From NCBI GenBank assembly GCA_030704615.1, contig CM060733.1:72168001-72232000 (forward strand): a stretch of 64,000 nt of DNA, in the 5' to 3' direction. The notes under the pieces are model-generated. The model saw only the letters and a program-made list of their open reading frames with translations. It was not told where the DNA came from and ran no database searches. The stretch comes from Takakia lepidozioides (lineage: Eukaryota > Plantae > Bryophyta). The translations under genes and the position numbers were made by a program. This document shows, one piece after another, positions 1-13,451 of the stretch (positions are counted from its first letter, which is position 1; the number at the start of each line of letters is the position of its first letter).

Positions 1-2646
1 GTCCTTTGACACCCTTCTGCACAAACTTTCAGGTTGTTGGGGTTCTTGAGCTTAAGGCCACCAATTCAGTGTAGGATTCTCTGTAGGGGACTCCCGCAGG
101 AAGTGGATTAAATTGTTTCTCATGTGTGCATCTACTCTTGGTACAAGAGACATAGAACTAGAACGATGTCTGAGAGGAAGCTGATGATTCAGTTTTGGTT
201 GGTGGCTAAGCATGCGACCATCCTGATGCCCCCAGGCAGCCCAAGTACAAGCGTGTGGAGGTCTACGTGTCAGGTTGGCGCATCCGCAGAGGTTAGTGGA
301 ACTTCATGTTTCTTTTTCTCACTTTGTTTTCCTCAATTTCTCTCTTGGCCGTCTCCTTTTAGAGCTAATGAAGCTGCGTTGGCGATGGCCTGACTACTGC
401 AGCGCATTTAATGTTGTTGAAAACTATTTTTTTCCACCTGTGAATGACTGAGTGCCTAAGCCAAAGTGCTTACATGTTGTGCACTTTCCTGTTAGTAGGC
501 TTGCTGGGCTTGGGTAGAAGCCTGGCAGTACGTTATTATCAGGTGGTATCCTGCTCACAGGTGACCAACAAAACACGGATTCCATTCATGTGGTGTTACG
601 TTTTGCAAAGCATATCACACAGATCAATGTTTTCCATCATGGTTGGGGTTTGTGGCAGTGGCAGGCAGGGATGCATGTGAGGTAAAGATGGTGCAGCAGG
701 AAGACATGGGCATGCAACGTGACATGGCCAAGGTGGCCTTCCGCCGAGGCATTTGGACTTATATCCTCAGAATTTGGACCTGAATCTACGCCAATATGGC
801 AAGCCTCAACTTCACCCTGGCCTCAACGCTGTGTCCCTTGCTCACAAGGTGCTTTCTCTACCACGAGTGACAACTTTAGTTGTAAATAGTAGCACTGGTT
901 GGCTCGGGTAAACATTCAAATACATGGGTATAGACATTGTTGTGTCACATGTGAAATGGCATCGCTTCGTCCATGAGTATTTCATAATCATCAGATGGAT
1001 CTATCTAGTTTGATCTCTTCAAGACAGGCCAGAACCGGGGGTCCTTGTCTAACTCAAACTACATTTTGCACTAAACATCTCGCAAATCTGAACTATGGAT
1101 GCTACAGGTACCAGTCACAGTAAAGGAAAGATTTCTCAGCCGCTATGATGCCAAGTTTCTGCAACGATGATTCTTTTCAATCAGCTGGTAATGTTGTGCC
1201 AGAAGTTAGTGAGATGAAATGTTAAGTTAGTAATACCTTTTATGGCCATTGAGAATAATTGCAGATGCCAGAGAACTTGGAGAGTGAGAGGGCACTGATG
1301 GGACAGGATGCAAGTAAGGTGGGAAAGGATGACAAGAGTGGCAACGTCCCAGAAGAGATATCCAGCAGTTCCCAAGTTGTAAAGGGGGAGGTTTCCAGTG
1401 ATGATACACAAGGAAATAATCCCGAGAGGAATGAGTTCAATGACTGGCTGAAGATGTTGCCAGTGCAGGCTTCTCTCCTCAAGTGTAGTCTTCAAACCTG
1501 CAGTGCTACTTTAAGCAAGCTTCTTTCGGGCAAGGTTCACCTTCTTCAGAAAGTTTCTTCAGTTTCTCAATTTTTCAATGCTTTGAGGCCCCTGTAAATA
1601 TGGTTACAATCATGGACCTTGTCCATATGAAGGAGCTCCATATTTGTTTACATGGGCAGCAGTGCTGGTGGCCCAGTGTTTGGGAGGGCAGTGGGCACCT
1701 TGCAATCATGGATGCCACAACCTTGGGAGCCTGCAGTAGATGAGGTTCGCTGCAAGCTGGAGCTCTTTATGGAAAGCATCACCTCTTTTGGATTTGACTT
1801 GTATGATCAGACATTAGGAGGGGTGTAAGTGAGAGGACACACATGCATAGATTTGGGTGTGCGTCTTGAAGGTGAGGTGGGAGCATTCAGATCCTGATTT
1901 TGGATACTGATGTTACTGACAGTGTTATCGGTGAAGGTTGTGTCATCAAGGTAGGTTTATTTTGACAGTCGACAATTCGGGGGATTCCTGCTGAGCTAGC
2001 CTTTCTGCCATCTTTGCTGCATAGTCAGGAAGACACAGGTTTGGGTGGGGTGAAGAGAACAGCAGCTGCTTTTCGGCGCATTGCTCGCTATCCGTCGAAG
2101 GTCCATCTCCGTCTTGCCGTCACCCTTGCAGAAAATGAGGAGTCGCCCCACATCATCCGCGATTGCATTTGCCAGCGATATGGCAGAGCTGATGTGAGAA
2201 AGCTTCCGAACATTCCAATCTGGCACAACACCCTCTGCTCCAGGTAGAAATTGGGAGGATCTTTCTTTAGTTGGCATCGGTTCTATTGGTGGCATTATGT
2301 TGTGGGTTTGGTATTGGTCACCCTATCTTATCCATCTTCTTTTTCATATGGTGCTTACCTTTGGACCCTTTTCCATTTATAGACCTACCTAACTCGAAAG
2401 GCGTAATGCTAAAAATGCTTTGTTGGTATTTGCTCATATGCCACATGGACACATGGACAGTAGAGACAGCAATAAGCAAGATAACCCTATTGTAGCCTCT
2501 CTGTAAATTTTCCATAATTTTTTTGTAAGTATAGTTTGTTTCAAGTTTTGCATGTTTCAATGTATCTAATTATTCCATGTTTTTTTAATGTTTTGATGTT
2601 TTTGAGCAAGAGCTTATACAATCGTACGTTCATGTATTGATCGTGG

Positions 2647-2784
2647 ATACTCTTGAGCAATCAGCAAAGGTCACTTGGTATTTACCGAAGTGACAGAGCA
2701 AGAGCTTTATGATACTCTTGAGCAATCAGCAATCAGCAAGGGTCACTTGGTATTTACCGAAATGACAGAGCAAGAGCTTTATGA
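2647..2784. repeat. Short tandem duplication (~69-bp unit x2)
   Basis: gatactcttgagcaatcagcaa...ggtcacttggtatttaccgaa(g/a)tgacagagcaagagctttatgata occurs twice in a row. Confidence 0.8.
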
Positions 2785-3764
2785 TAAGCTTATAAACGAT
2801 TGCATTGTTCCATGTTTAAAAAATCTTTGTTTATCCCACACAAGTGCATGGACTTATTAGAAGATAATGCATCATTGATTATCTAAGCTGATTCTAGTAT
2901 AGATCTTGAGTATAAATAGGAAGAGCTCGAAAGGGAACAACTTGTTGTATTTCTATGGTTGGGTAGCTTGCATGCATTTGCATTGCCAAATCACGGACTA
3001 ACATATACAGCATTATCATGTTCTCAAAAAAACTAAATTTGTTCCTCTTAGCTCATTTTCAAATCTACAATTTCCATGTAGAGGATAGAGTACTCAAAGT
3101 AATACACAAACTAGAAACAATACACCAAATTTATAGCATCTATATTGTATAAATCTAATAATACAATCATTGAATATCTATTCAATGCACAACTACTATT
3201 ATGAACATTATGAAGAACTATAAATCTACAATCATCATTTTACAATCGATTTACAACTACAATAAGGCAGGGCTTACAAGTATTCCATGCGTTTGTTTTG
3301 TTTGTTTTGTAGATTTGAGATGTCCCCAACATTTGAGATGTCTAGCCCTGGTGCTTGGTACCATTGGAAAGCCCTCAACGAGGAGGGGTGCACGGGCTTG
3401 GTCTTATGATTGTTGGACCTGTGGTGTGGGAGATGTGGAATTTCAAGTACTTTGGGTTCGCTGGAAATTCCCGAAAAATAGCAAAGTGGAATTCCTGGGA
3501 CAATGGTTGGAGCCTCCAGATGAGAGATATCAAGGGAAAGGTCTCCGGTTCAAATCTGGTCATAGGCTCTGTGGAAAAAAAAAATGCATTTGGACTTAGA
3601 TGACATTGGACCTTTGGGCCAGGACCCTTAGGCCAATGGCAGAGGCTACCCTAGAGGTCGCACTTGGGCCTCGACATAGGAGACGCATTTGCATACATAG
3701 GAGATTGCACTTGGGCTAAGATGACACTTGACACTTGGGCCAACGGCACAGGCTACCCTAGTAT

Positions 3765-5066
3765 ATATGAATCGAGAGGGCAATCGAGGTCGATGCACGC
3801 GAGATCCCACCGCTGCTGCATCCAATAGCACTGCCAATCCAATCCAAGACCGCACCTGATGCACACTGGCCATAACCCTGGCCCAAAAATCCCCCATAAG
3901 AGGAACATTCTCCAAGATATAGCCTAGAGGTTGTACTTGTCTCGTCTGCAAGTCCCGCAACACTCGCAACATCTCCCAAAACAAATGCGATCATGCATCA
4001 TCCAAGCCATTCCCATGACCTGCGGGAGAGTGTCCTTGGCAAGGCCATCCGGCTATCACCAAATCAATGGCACCATGCCGGTCCAAATCATCCGCCCCTA
4101 GCAAGGTAATGTCTGCTGGCAAGGCCTTTTGATACCCTTGAATTGCTGAGAGAGACAACAACTCAGGATACCGGTGTGTGAGCAAGGCGATGTGGCGCAT
4201 AGAAATACGCCGAGCTATCTCATCCTTCTCCACATACAAGTACTTGTGTACTTTAATCCCTGCTTGCAATAATCCTGCAAGCCCAGTGCTCATGCCCCCA
4301 AACAGGTCTAGTAAACAAATCCCTAAGTCAGGTGGTTGCCAGATGATGGGCACCGTGTCCAAAGGAGCTAACTCAGGAGGTCCAGGTGATGTCACTGAAC
4401 TCCCCTCACTCACCAATGGAAAGGCCTCCTGCCATGCTTGGTGCACACACTCGTCTGCTACTCGATGCAAATTCCTAACCGTACCACACAGTGAAATATG
4501 CACAGGCACATGAGGAAGCAAATCAGCCTTGTATGCCAATTGTTTGTCCTCATCAGGTGATGGCCTATCATCTGCATGGCTATTGCCCTCCAAGAGCTCA
4601 CCACCCCAAGCCACCACCCCTGAGAATGCAGCCAATGTGAGCATCATGTTCCTATGATCCACCACTACATTCCCAATAAACCGCACTGGGAGCAGTGCAC
4701 GTCGGCCATCTCCTGACTGCCATTCCGGCCTGTAGGATGCCGGTTCCTCCCAAAAGTTCAGAGTGAATCCCATAGGGTATAACACCGCCCCACCAACAAG
4801 CACATCATAACAATGACTTTAGCTCTCATGACTGAGCCGTCCGTAGGATGATCCGGCTGCAATCGAATGAAGAGCTCATGGCGTGTAATCCCTCGTGCCT
4901 TCTCTAAACCTCCCAAAGATGTTTGAATTTGGAAAGGGCAAGGCTCTAAATCCGCCTCTGTAAGGCCCAAGCTTGCAATTGATGTTCTTCCCAACATCAA
5001 TGGCTGTGCTCCCGAGTCCAACAAGACCCGCAGTGGCCTATACCTCCTCCCGGCTGGGCCACCCAA
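3765..5066 (-). pseudogene. Aspartic protease + C5 DNA methyltransferase (motifs I-VIII) of copy 1, frameshifted and truncated
   Basis: ORFs 4758-5066 (DSG protease), 3991-4803 (motifs I-IV with catalytic PCQ) and 3646-3984 (ENV, RxR). Confidence 0.85.
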
Positions 5067-5833
5067 CTGGCAGCTATACTCTGTGAGAGTAGTGATGCAT
5101 CGGCACTATCTGCGGGGATAGCGGATAAGGTGCAATGCATAAATGCCCTGGATTCAAGGGTCAAGACTCAACAGTCTTTCACATTGGCTGAGACAGTGCC
5201 AACTACGCCATCGATGGTACCCGCTCGCCCAAGTGTGTCAGAGGTAGAGCCACGAGTACCAGTGGGGAGAGTTGGTGTGGCTCGGGAAATGCCAGTGGGT
5301 GATGCTGCAAAGCAAGGTACAGCTAGTACATTGTTGGGGGCGGCTACGGCAATTTGCCAAGCTCCATTGTTTTCTACCACGACAATTGCAATGTCGGGGA
5401 TGTGGCCAGCTGCAGTGTTTAGACTGAAACACACCATCCTGATTGTCCACCATGACTACCCCAGGAGTCACCATACTACGCTCAATGGCTGGCCTAGCTG
5501 GCAACTCCTGCAACCTTGCAGCTGCCGATTGCCATGGCGCAACTGTCGACTTGCTTCCCCCCTTTATGGATCAGAATCCACATCTGCTCCTCTTGGCTCA
5601 GGAGCACGCGTTGCTGCTCGAGTGATAGCAGCTGCAGAGTCCACATGCAATGGTCTTGTAAGTGCGGCTCCACACATGAAGCCCATACCAATCTGGTCTT
5701 CCCTAGGTATAAGAGGTTGTGCAGGTGGGGCTTGAACCTCAGGCTTTGGAGCTGGTGCAACATGAGTAGTGGCCATGGTAGCAAGACGTTGCTCTAGCTG
5801 GGCAAGCCTATCCACCATGCCTTGGTCATGACC

Positions 5834-7192
5834 TTAACCTTGACCTTGTGCTCCTTGGTTTTGGTTACGACCTCCACCGCGACCTTTGCCTCCTCTACCT
5901 CTCTGGACTACATTGCCTCGTCCTCGGCCACCATTGTTCCCTTGGAACTGGCTTGGCCGTAGCTCAAGATGCAAGTCATAACAATGGGCCTCTTCATGCC
6001 CAAACTTGCCACAATGCCCACACTGTAGTTGTGTAGGCTGTGCCTGTGCCGGCCCTTTGCCTTTCTCCGGGCAATCTCTCTTAACATGGGGTCCTCCACA
6101 ATCCCAACATGTCACACCCGACTGTTGTTGGCCTGAGAATGAAGGAATTGACCTGTGCAATTGAGATCCTCTCTGTCCTTCCCTAGGCTTCACTTGAGCC
6201 ACCTTGTTGCCTTGAGCACGTTGGGGTAGTGGTTGTTGTTGGCTAGGAGTCCCACTTCGTTGTGTCTCCTTACCAAACCCCACCATGACCACTCGCTCCT
6301 CCATTATATTGAATTCTATCCGCTCTGCCAGCAAAAACACATTTGTTAAGGTGGGTTGGTCCACGTGTAGGAGAGTTGCATCCCGCACCCTTCTCCTTAG
6401 CTCCTTGTCCAATATCCCATACCAGAATTGGACTGCTTGAGCTTCCGTAACCCCTTGGGTCACATTTATCAATCGCCTCATGCGCGTGTAAGCCTCCATC
6501 AAACTCTCAGTAGGCCTCCGCTGGAACTCTTGCAAGCTCCGCAACTTCTCCGTCCTTATCCCTTGGTAGTTTCTCCTCAACTCCTCGAAAAACTCCACAA
6601 CTGGGTTAAAGGCAGGTACGGGTGCTGGTGTTGCAGCAGGAGCTTGAATGGATTTCCCAGCTCCATCTTTACTTGTCCCACTACTAGTGCTTGCAGTTGG
6701 GGATGTTGGTGTAGCTGCTGGTGCCGCCACTGCCCTTGTGCCTCTAGTGATAGAGATATAGTCGGGTGACCAATATTGTCGCCACTCCTCAATCTCCACC
6801 TCATTTCCCCGCCTAAACTCATGATAGTCATCGTCAAGGTGCTGAAACAGCCCCTTCCATGCCATAAAAGGCGTAAACAGTTGTGGATTGCGCATCTGCT
6901 GCAAATCACACCAACTATCAAACTCATGTATGAAATCATCAAGCTCGATGGTGCCCACAACTCCCGAGTACCGACGTGGCCCCTTGGTAGCTCCATACAT
7001 TTCCTCCATCGTATCCCACAACAATGGCACGGATATCGTTTGCACCCTCGGCGAGAATCCTCCTAACTCTGAGTCTGAACCTTCATTAGAAGACACTGAA
7101 GGTGAAGGTGGCTTAAACCGCACACCTCGTCTTGTATACCCACTAGTATCGCTGGTGCTCGTGCCGGCACTCTCCTCAGCAACTGGTGGCAC
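5834..7192 (-). pseudogene. gag: Gag of retrotransposon copy 1 (two zinc knuckles)
   Basis: 452-aa ORF with CX2CX3HX4C and CX2CX4HX4C knuckles and an RGG-rich tail. Its TAA is in frame with downstream MVDRLAQLEQRL and sits in a QG repeat, so it is probably a CAA>TAA mutation. Confidence 0.85.
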
Positions 7193-7916
7193 CTCCGTGA
7201 TGAAAACTCACACTCAAACCGACTATCAACCTGTCTCTTAGCCCCTTTCCACAAGGTAACCGGGTAGAGAACCTGTTGCGGCTTATGGTTTGGAATACTA
7301 GGTTCCTATTCTGAACCTGCACCTGCACCTGCATCCACCACAGGCACTCCTATGGTCTACTAGTCATCAACCCAGCCTCACCATAAGAGAAACAATGATG
7401 GTCTGCTGGTCATCACCCTAGCCTCACCACTGACAGCACGCTCTAGGATTGGCCGGCCACAATATTTCCGGCACTACCACCTATAAAAGCAAGCGCCCAA
7501 ACCAAACTAGCATGGCGCACAGTCAAGCATGCATGTGTGGGAAGAGGATCCAAACACAGGAAACTCAAACAACAACACCTCCCACAGCTTAAATCAATCG
7601 ATCTCCTTGCGGCTTCAATAAACCTGCAAGATGGCCAAGTCTCTATCCAAACTAGCCCTGCCTCCGCTTACGGAAAAGCTTTGGCCTACAAGAATGATGG
7701 AAGACTATAGAGAAGGGAAGCTAAAGCAATCTATAAGCCCAGAATGCTCTCATCCCATTACTCCTCATATCTTCACACTCACTCTTGCTCAAGCAATAGA
7801 TAAAACTATCCTTAAAGAACCTCTCAAATAACTCTCAAGAGCCCTCAAATTATTGCCATGAACTTCTGAAATCTGCCCTCAATCAGCCCCTCACATCCAG
7901 TGACGATGAAGACTGT

Positions 7917-8890
7917 ATGGTCCTTCCATCGTATGTTTCGAAGTCGTCCGTCACTAGGAGTGTTCAGAAGTTGGCAAACAATGAGCACACACCCTCCGAC
8001 TCAACTTCCATCCGCTCAGTAATTGACATATTGCCGAGGATGAAGACAACGGGTTCCCGCTCCAGTGACCTTCTTAGGCTTGATTACAACAAAACTCCAA
8101 TCCATTCTGTGGAAACTTTGCCTGATGTTGTGGATGGGAATGCTATCTACGAGTTCCCTCCAGTGCCGGCAGGCGCAGGCCCAGACGACATGCTGGCAGG
8201 AATGAACAGGAAACATGACGGCCACCCTTGGTGTGTCACCAAAACTTCAACGTCCAACCTGGGTGATGGAGTTCGAGTGAGATATGTATTGTGTGCTGGG
8301 CATCTTAAATGTTTCTCGAGCACATGTTACCATTACACGAGCAAAGGCACCCGGAAGGAGACTGACTGGATTGGCAATTCGTTGACCCCATTTTGGCCTC
8401 AAGGTAGAGTTCCTGCAGGGACGTTCAAGTGTGCCCATTGCAACGCAGCCCCTACGTGTATGGCAGTGTGCAACGCCAAGCAGTACTACGTCGGGACCGT
8501 CGGCCCAGCGTGCACCAGAGCATGCATTCACATCGGAAAGCATGACCACCCCGTCGCCAGAGGCAATTGCAGAGTCGCTTTTCAACAAGCCCACGATATT
8601 ATCAAAGAGGAGGTGAGGTTCAGGCCAGGAGCAAAACCAAAGCAGATACAGCTCGCATCCACACATAGAATTGCAATTGGCAGAATAATGTCAGAGGACG
8701 GAAGCACAAGAGAGAAGCTGGGCAAGGGGGACATGAAGGAGCTGCTGGAAGCTGTCTCCCATGTGTGCAGCCCCAATGTCAGGAACCACATTGTCATTCT
8801 GGAGAATACCCTAGTCGATGGTATGCCAAATGTGGCAGCCTTGAAGATGCAAGTCGGGTGTTTGGCAATATGGCTAGACAAATTGTGGTC
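7917..8890 (+). mobile_element. Fragment of a Mutator-like transposase N-terminus with a GCM/WRKY-like Cys/His domain
   Basis: Contains CAGHLKCFSSTC...CAHC...PTCMAVC...HIGKHDHP. Its SVIDILPRMKTTGSRSSDLLRLDY segment resembles SVIPKLRAMGGMTGFKSELRGIDW at ~58220-58305 in the MULE-like element. The ORF runs directly into PPR-locus sequence at ~8895. Confidence 0.6.
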
Positions 8891-8899
8891 TCATGGAGT

Positions 8900-11210
8900 G
8901 CATGGATAGTTGAAGGAGCAGGGATAGAGTGTGGGTCCAGATTCATCCAAGGGGACCGGACTTCAAGCTCCATATTACCTATGATTCCCTGTGGATCGAT
9001 AGCTATAAGAAACCTGCATGGGTAGATGGTCAACTAAAGGCACGTTTGTTTGCATTTGCAGTGTGTGTGCAAGCCTGGCAGTCCTGGAAAAGTGGAAAGA
9101 GGCCCATGGTGACATCGTCAAATCTGGAATTGTACCAGATGTCATTCTGAACACTGCCCAACGCGATGCTTGCAGGGTATGCACAACAAAGGCGCGGGAT
9201 GGAGGCTTTGGAGACCTATGAGCAAATGATGTGCGAAGGGGTGAAGCCCGACCACATCACGTTTGTGTGTGTTTGCAGTGCGTGTGCAAGCCTGGCAGCT
9301 CTGGAATAGGGCAAAGAGGTCCATGGTTGCATCGTCAAAGCTGGAATTGTACCAAATGTCATCCTGAACACTACCCTGGTGGACATGTATGCCAAATGTG
9401 GGAGAATTGAGGATGTGAAGGGAGTTTTCCACAATATGGTTGAACGAGTTTCGGTGTCGTGGAATGCCATGCTTGCAGGGTATGCACATCAGGGGCGCGT
9501 GATGGAGGCCTTGGAGACCTATGAGCAAATGATGTGCGAAGGGGTGAAGCCCAACCACATCACGTTTGTGTGCGTTTGCAATGCGTGTGCAAGCCTGGCA
9601 GCCCTGGAAAAGGGCAAAGAGGTGCATGGTTGCATTGCCAAAGCTGGAATTGTACCAGATGTGATTCTGAACAATACCCTCGTAGACATGTATGCCAAAT
9701 GTGGGAGCATTGAGGATGTGGAGGGAGGGTTCAACAATATGGCTGAACGAGATTTGGTGTCATGGAACACCATGCTTGTAGGATATGCACAGCAGGGGTG
9801 CGGGATGGAGGCCTGGGGGAAGGGGTGAAGCCCGACCACATCACGTTTGTGCGAAGGGTGCGGGATGGAGGCTTTGGAGACCTATGAGCAAATGATGTGC
9901 AAAGGGGTGAAAACCAACCACATCACATTTGTTTGTGTTTGCAATGTATGTGAAAGCCTGCGAGCTCTGGAAAAGGGGAAAGAGGTCCATGGTGACATTG
10001 TCAAAGGTGGAATTGTACCAGATGTCATCTTGAACACTGCCCTGGTGGACATGTATGCCAAATGTGGGTGCATTAAGGATGCGAAGGGAGTTGATTTCAG
10101 CATTATGGCTGAACGAGATGTGGTGTCGTGGAACGCGATGCTTGCAGGGGCACGGGATGGAGGCTTTGGAGCTCTATTCTAGAGTTTGTTGAGCTTGTCA
10201 CAGGCTGTCATTGTCAGCTGCTAGTAGGAAGACAAGGATGTATGCATGATTTTCTGCAGAGGCATGGATAGTTGAAGGAGCAGGGATAGAGTGTGGGTCC
10301 AGATTCATCCAAGGGGACCGGACTTCAAGCTCCATATTACCTATGATTCCCTGTGGATCAATAGCTACAAGAAACCTGCATGGGTAGATGGTCAACTAAA
10401 GGCACGTTTGTTTGCATTTGCAGTGTGTGTGCAAGCCTGGCAGCCCTGAAAAAGTGGAAAGAGGCCCATGGTGACATCGTCAAATATGGAATTGTACCAG
10501 ATGTCATTATGAACACTGCCCAACGCGATGCTTGCAGGGTATGCACAGCAAGGGCGCGGGATGGAGGCTTTGGAGACCTATGAGCAAATGATGTGCGAAG
10601 GGATGAAGCCCGACCACATCACGTTTGTGTGTGTTTGCAGTGCATGTGCAAGCCTGGCAGCTCTGGAATAGGGCAAAGAGGTCCATGGTTGCATCGTCAA
10701 AGCTAGAATTGTACCAGATGTCATCCTAAACACTACCCTGGTGGACATGTATGCCAAATGTGGGAGAGTTGAGGATGTGGAGGGAGTTTTCCACAGTATG
10801 GCTGAACGAGTTTCGGTGTCGTGGAACGCCATGCTTACAGGGTATGCACAACAGGGGCGCGTGATGGAGGCCTTGGAGACCTTGGAGCAAATGATGTGCG
10901 AAGGGGTGAAGCCCAACCACATCACGTTTGTGTGCGTTTGCAATGCGTGTGCAAGCCTGGCAGCCCTGGAAAAGGGCAAAGAGGTGTATGGTTGCATTGC
11001 CAAAGCTGGAATTGTACCAGATGTGATTATGAACAATACCCTCGTAGACATGTATGCCAAATGTGGGAGCATTGAGGATGTGGAGGGAGTGTTCAACAAT
11101 ATGGCTGAACGAGATTTGGTGTCATGGAACGCCATGCTTGTAGGATATGCACAGCAGGGGTCTGGGATGGAGGCTTGGGGGAAGGGGTGAAGCCCGACCA
11201 CATCACGTTT
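8900..11210 (+). repeat. Direct duplication of ~950 bp (8900-9846 and 10262-11209) within the PPR pseudogene
   Basis: Both copies start gcatggatagttgaaggagcagg and share the premature stop ctggaaTAGggc and the same deletion (gaggc(c/t)tgggggaaggggtgaagccc). Confidence 0.9.
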
Positions 11211-12248
11211 GTGTGCGTTTGCAATGTGTGTGCAAGCCTGGCAGCCCTGGAAAAGGGCAAAGAGGTGCATGGTGACATCATCTAAGCTGGAATTGTACCA
11301 AATGTCATTCTGGACACTGCCCGGGTTCACTTGTATGCGAAATGTGAGTGCAATGAGGATGCAAAGGGAGTATTTGACAATATGGCTGAATGAAATGTGG
11401 TGTCGTGGAATGCGATGATCGTAGGATATGCCCAGCATGGTTGTCATAGGGAGGTCCTGCAACTATTTGAAGGAATGCAAAAGAAAGGCTTGAACCCGTA
11501 CAGTATCACCTTTATATGTGTTCTCTCAACATACAGCCACACTGACCTACTGAATGAAGGAAGACGCTACTTCGATTCCCTGAGTCAAGATCATGGTATC
11601 AATCTGACAGTAAAGCACTTTGGCTGCATGGTGGACCTTCTTGGACGTGCGGGACAACTGGATGAGGCAGTGGACCTGATTAATAAAATGCCAATCAATC
11701 CAGATGTTGTGGTGTGGAAGGCCTTGCTTGGTGCTTGCAAAATCCATGGCAATGTGGAGATGGCTGAATGTGTGACAACATATATCCTCAAGTGGGATGA
11801 ACAGGATGTCGCGACTTATGTGTTGCTATATCAAACATCTATGCTGCAGCTTGCAGGTGGGATGATATTGCAAAGGTGAGAAGAATGATGAAGGTCAGAG
11901 GGGTTAGAAAGGAACCGGATGACAAGTTGCATCCCAGAATTAAGGAAATCCATGTTGAGCTGAGAAGATTGTCTGGGCAGATGAAGGAGGCGGGGTATGT
12001 GCCTGACACACGCTTTTTATTGCATGATGTGGAGGAAAGGAATTTTCTCTTTGCCACCACAGTGAGAAGCTGGCCATTGGTTTTGGGCTGATCAGCACAA
12101 CTCATCAAGAATCTTCGAGTGTGTGGAGACTGCCATACCTCCACCAAATTCATCTCAAAGATTGTTGGCTGAGCAATTGTTGTATGGGACGCTAACTACT
12201 TTCCACCACTTTGAAGATGGGATTTGTTCTTGTGGTGATTACTGGTGA
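8990..12248 (+). pseudogene. PLS-class PPR pseudogene with E and DYW deaminase domains (organellar RNA-editing factor family)
   Basis: Repeated DMYAKCG/VSWNAM/ITFVCVCNACASLAALEKG motifs; HFGCMVDLLGRAG; HSEKLAI; IKNLRVCGDCH; ends CSCGDYW-stop at 12248. Many stops, frameshifts and deletions. Confidence 0.9.
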
Positions 12249-12862
12249 AAGGATGTTTTCTTGGAAAGATGCAAGTGTCTTGCTTCATTCATTGATCTGT
12301 GTAGCTACTCAGACCATCCACCATTTCCTGATAGTGGGGTCTACCCGGCATAGGTAGGAAGTCAGCCCACAATTGCACTTGACTGAAGGGGTGATTTTTG
12401 ACTGATTTTGGTGATAGTGGATGGAAATCAGAGTGCTGTCCTAATTCTGGGTTTGGGTGGTGGAGCTTCTCCAAAGCTTGAAGATGGAAGTGAATACGAA
12501 TTTTAATGAGTTTGATGAGAGAGGCAGCACTGTGCACAAGTTTGTTCAGCATCTTAAATTTGGACATGTTTGTTTGTTTCTTGTGGTGTGGCTTTGGATG
12601 GAGCCCTTGATGAACTTACATGAATATTGTCAAAAGCTAGCCTTAACCCACCAAGATCCAATCCCATGGTGGCTGCCTGAAAGTTCATATAGTGAATGTA
12701 AGGGTATTTGGGTATGTTGTTATTGATTGATGCAGCTTGTGAAAATTGAACATTGAAATGCAGATCCGCCATTTTTATTCCAGAAAAAACAAAACACGGG
12801 ATCTCTGCATGTAACACCGTGGGGATGACGAACCCTTTTTTTTTATGAAAAATAGAACGCAA

Positions 12863-13062
12863 TTCTCAGAATTCGTTGCCAGCGGAGCAAAGCGGAGCAA
12901 CGCGAAGCCCTAGTTCTAGCGATGACCGAAGGTCGGAAGGTAGTTTAGCGTAGAGCAGGAATAGGGTGCCAAAGTGCCACGTTTTCGTCGCCACGTGTCG
13001 TCGTCAAATTCTGTCGAGTCTGCCCGGACTGCCCGCCCGAGAAACGCGAATAGAACTCGTCA
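12863..13062 (+). repeat. ~200-bp dispersed repeat, copy a
   Basis: ctcagaattcg...gcggagcaacgcgaagccctagttctagcgatgaccgaaggtcggaaggtagtttagcgtagagcaggaatagggtgcca...; also at 20056 (+), 22935 (-) and 31072 (-). Confidence 0.85.
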
Positions 13063-13317
13063 GGTGGTTCTGTGTTCGAATCCTGCTACCTTGTTCGGGT
13101 GGTTCTCCTTCTTCCCTGGGCTGTGCTCTTGAGCCGTGTGCTTGGTGCTCTCATGCGAAGTTACTTGGAAAGATGATGGAAGTGCGATGCACTGCTGCTT
13201 AGAAGCTTGGGATTCAAGCTGTGGAGAGAGAAGATCAGATTGGTGTATGATCCTTTAAAATTTTAGACCTTCTATAAACACTTCAGCTTGCGGAAGCACT
13301 GGAGTTTTTGGGAAGAA

Positions 13318-13451
13318 ATGCAGATACCGGTGAAGTGCGGCTGCGGAGAGTGTGAAGAGTGGGCTATGGTGGAGCTTCAGGGGTATCTAGAAATCCAGCA
13401 TGCTTCCAGCCCGCACAATCTGACCATCGGTTCACTTTGTCTACTTCTGAG
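13318..13451 (+). CDS. CTF8: First coding exon of a CTF8 (chromosome transmission fidelity 8) homologue; later exons not confidently found
   Basis: MQIPVKCGCGECEEWAMVELQGYLEIQHASSPHNLTIGSL matches the plant Ctf8 N-terminal pattern M.I.VKC.CG...C.EWA.VELQG...L.IG.L, recalled from memory. Followed by donor G|GTATGC. Confidence 0.75.

Larger units (their letters stand above)
3765..7310 (-). mobile_element. Degenerate, truncated copy 1 of the DNMT-carrying gypsy-like retrotransposon (gag-PR-DNMT part only)
   Basis: Homologous to 45300-48860: gag (DDFIHEFDSWCDLQQMRNPQLF; knuckles CWDCGGPHVKRDC and CGHCGKFGHEEAHC), protease LLDSGAQP, DNMT motifs LDLFGGMSTG, IAGWPCQGHS, YILENV, RVHRPRL. No RT/IN or terminal repeats seen. 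Confidence 0.9.

Noticed and set aside
1-2500. Short ORFs, e.g. 1259-1597
   Set aside because: No recognisable domain and frequent stops in all frames; probably decayed sequence.
3495-3586. tRNA/SINE-like A- and B-box (tggttggagc...ggttcaaatctgg) followed by an A-run; similar gttcgaatcc at ~13074
   Set aside because: No cloverleaf could be folded and no TSD or second copy was seen; at most a decayed SINE.
3600-3765. gacacttgggcc repeats resembling part of repeat B next to truncated copy 1
   Set aside because: The similarity is limited to ~12-14 nt, too little to call a terminal repeat of copy 1.
5834-5836. TAA ending gag in copy 1 as a programmed gag/pol boundary
   Set aside because: It lies in a QG repeat (likely CAA>TAA) and is absent from the full-length copy; the conserved stop is the TAG after DNMT.
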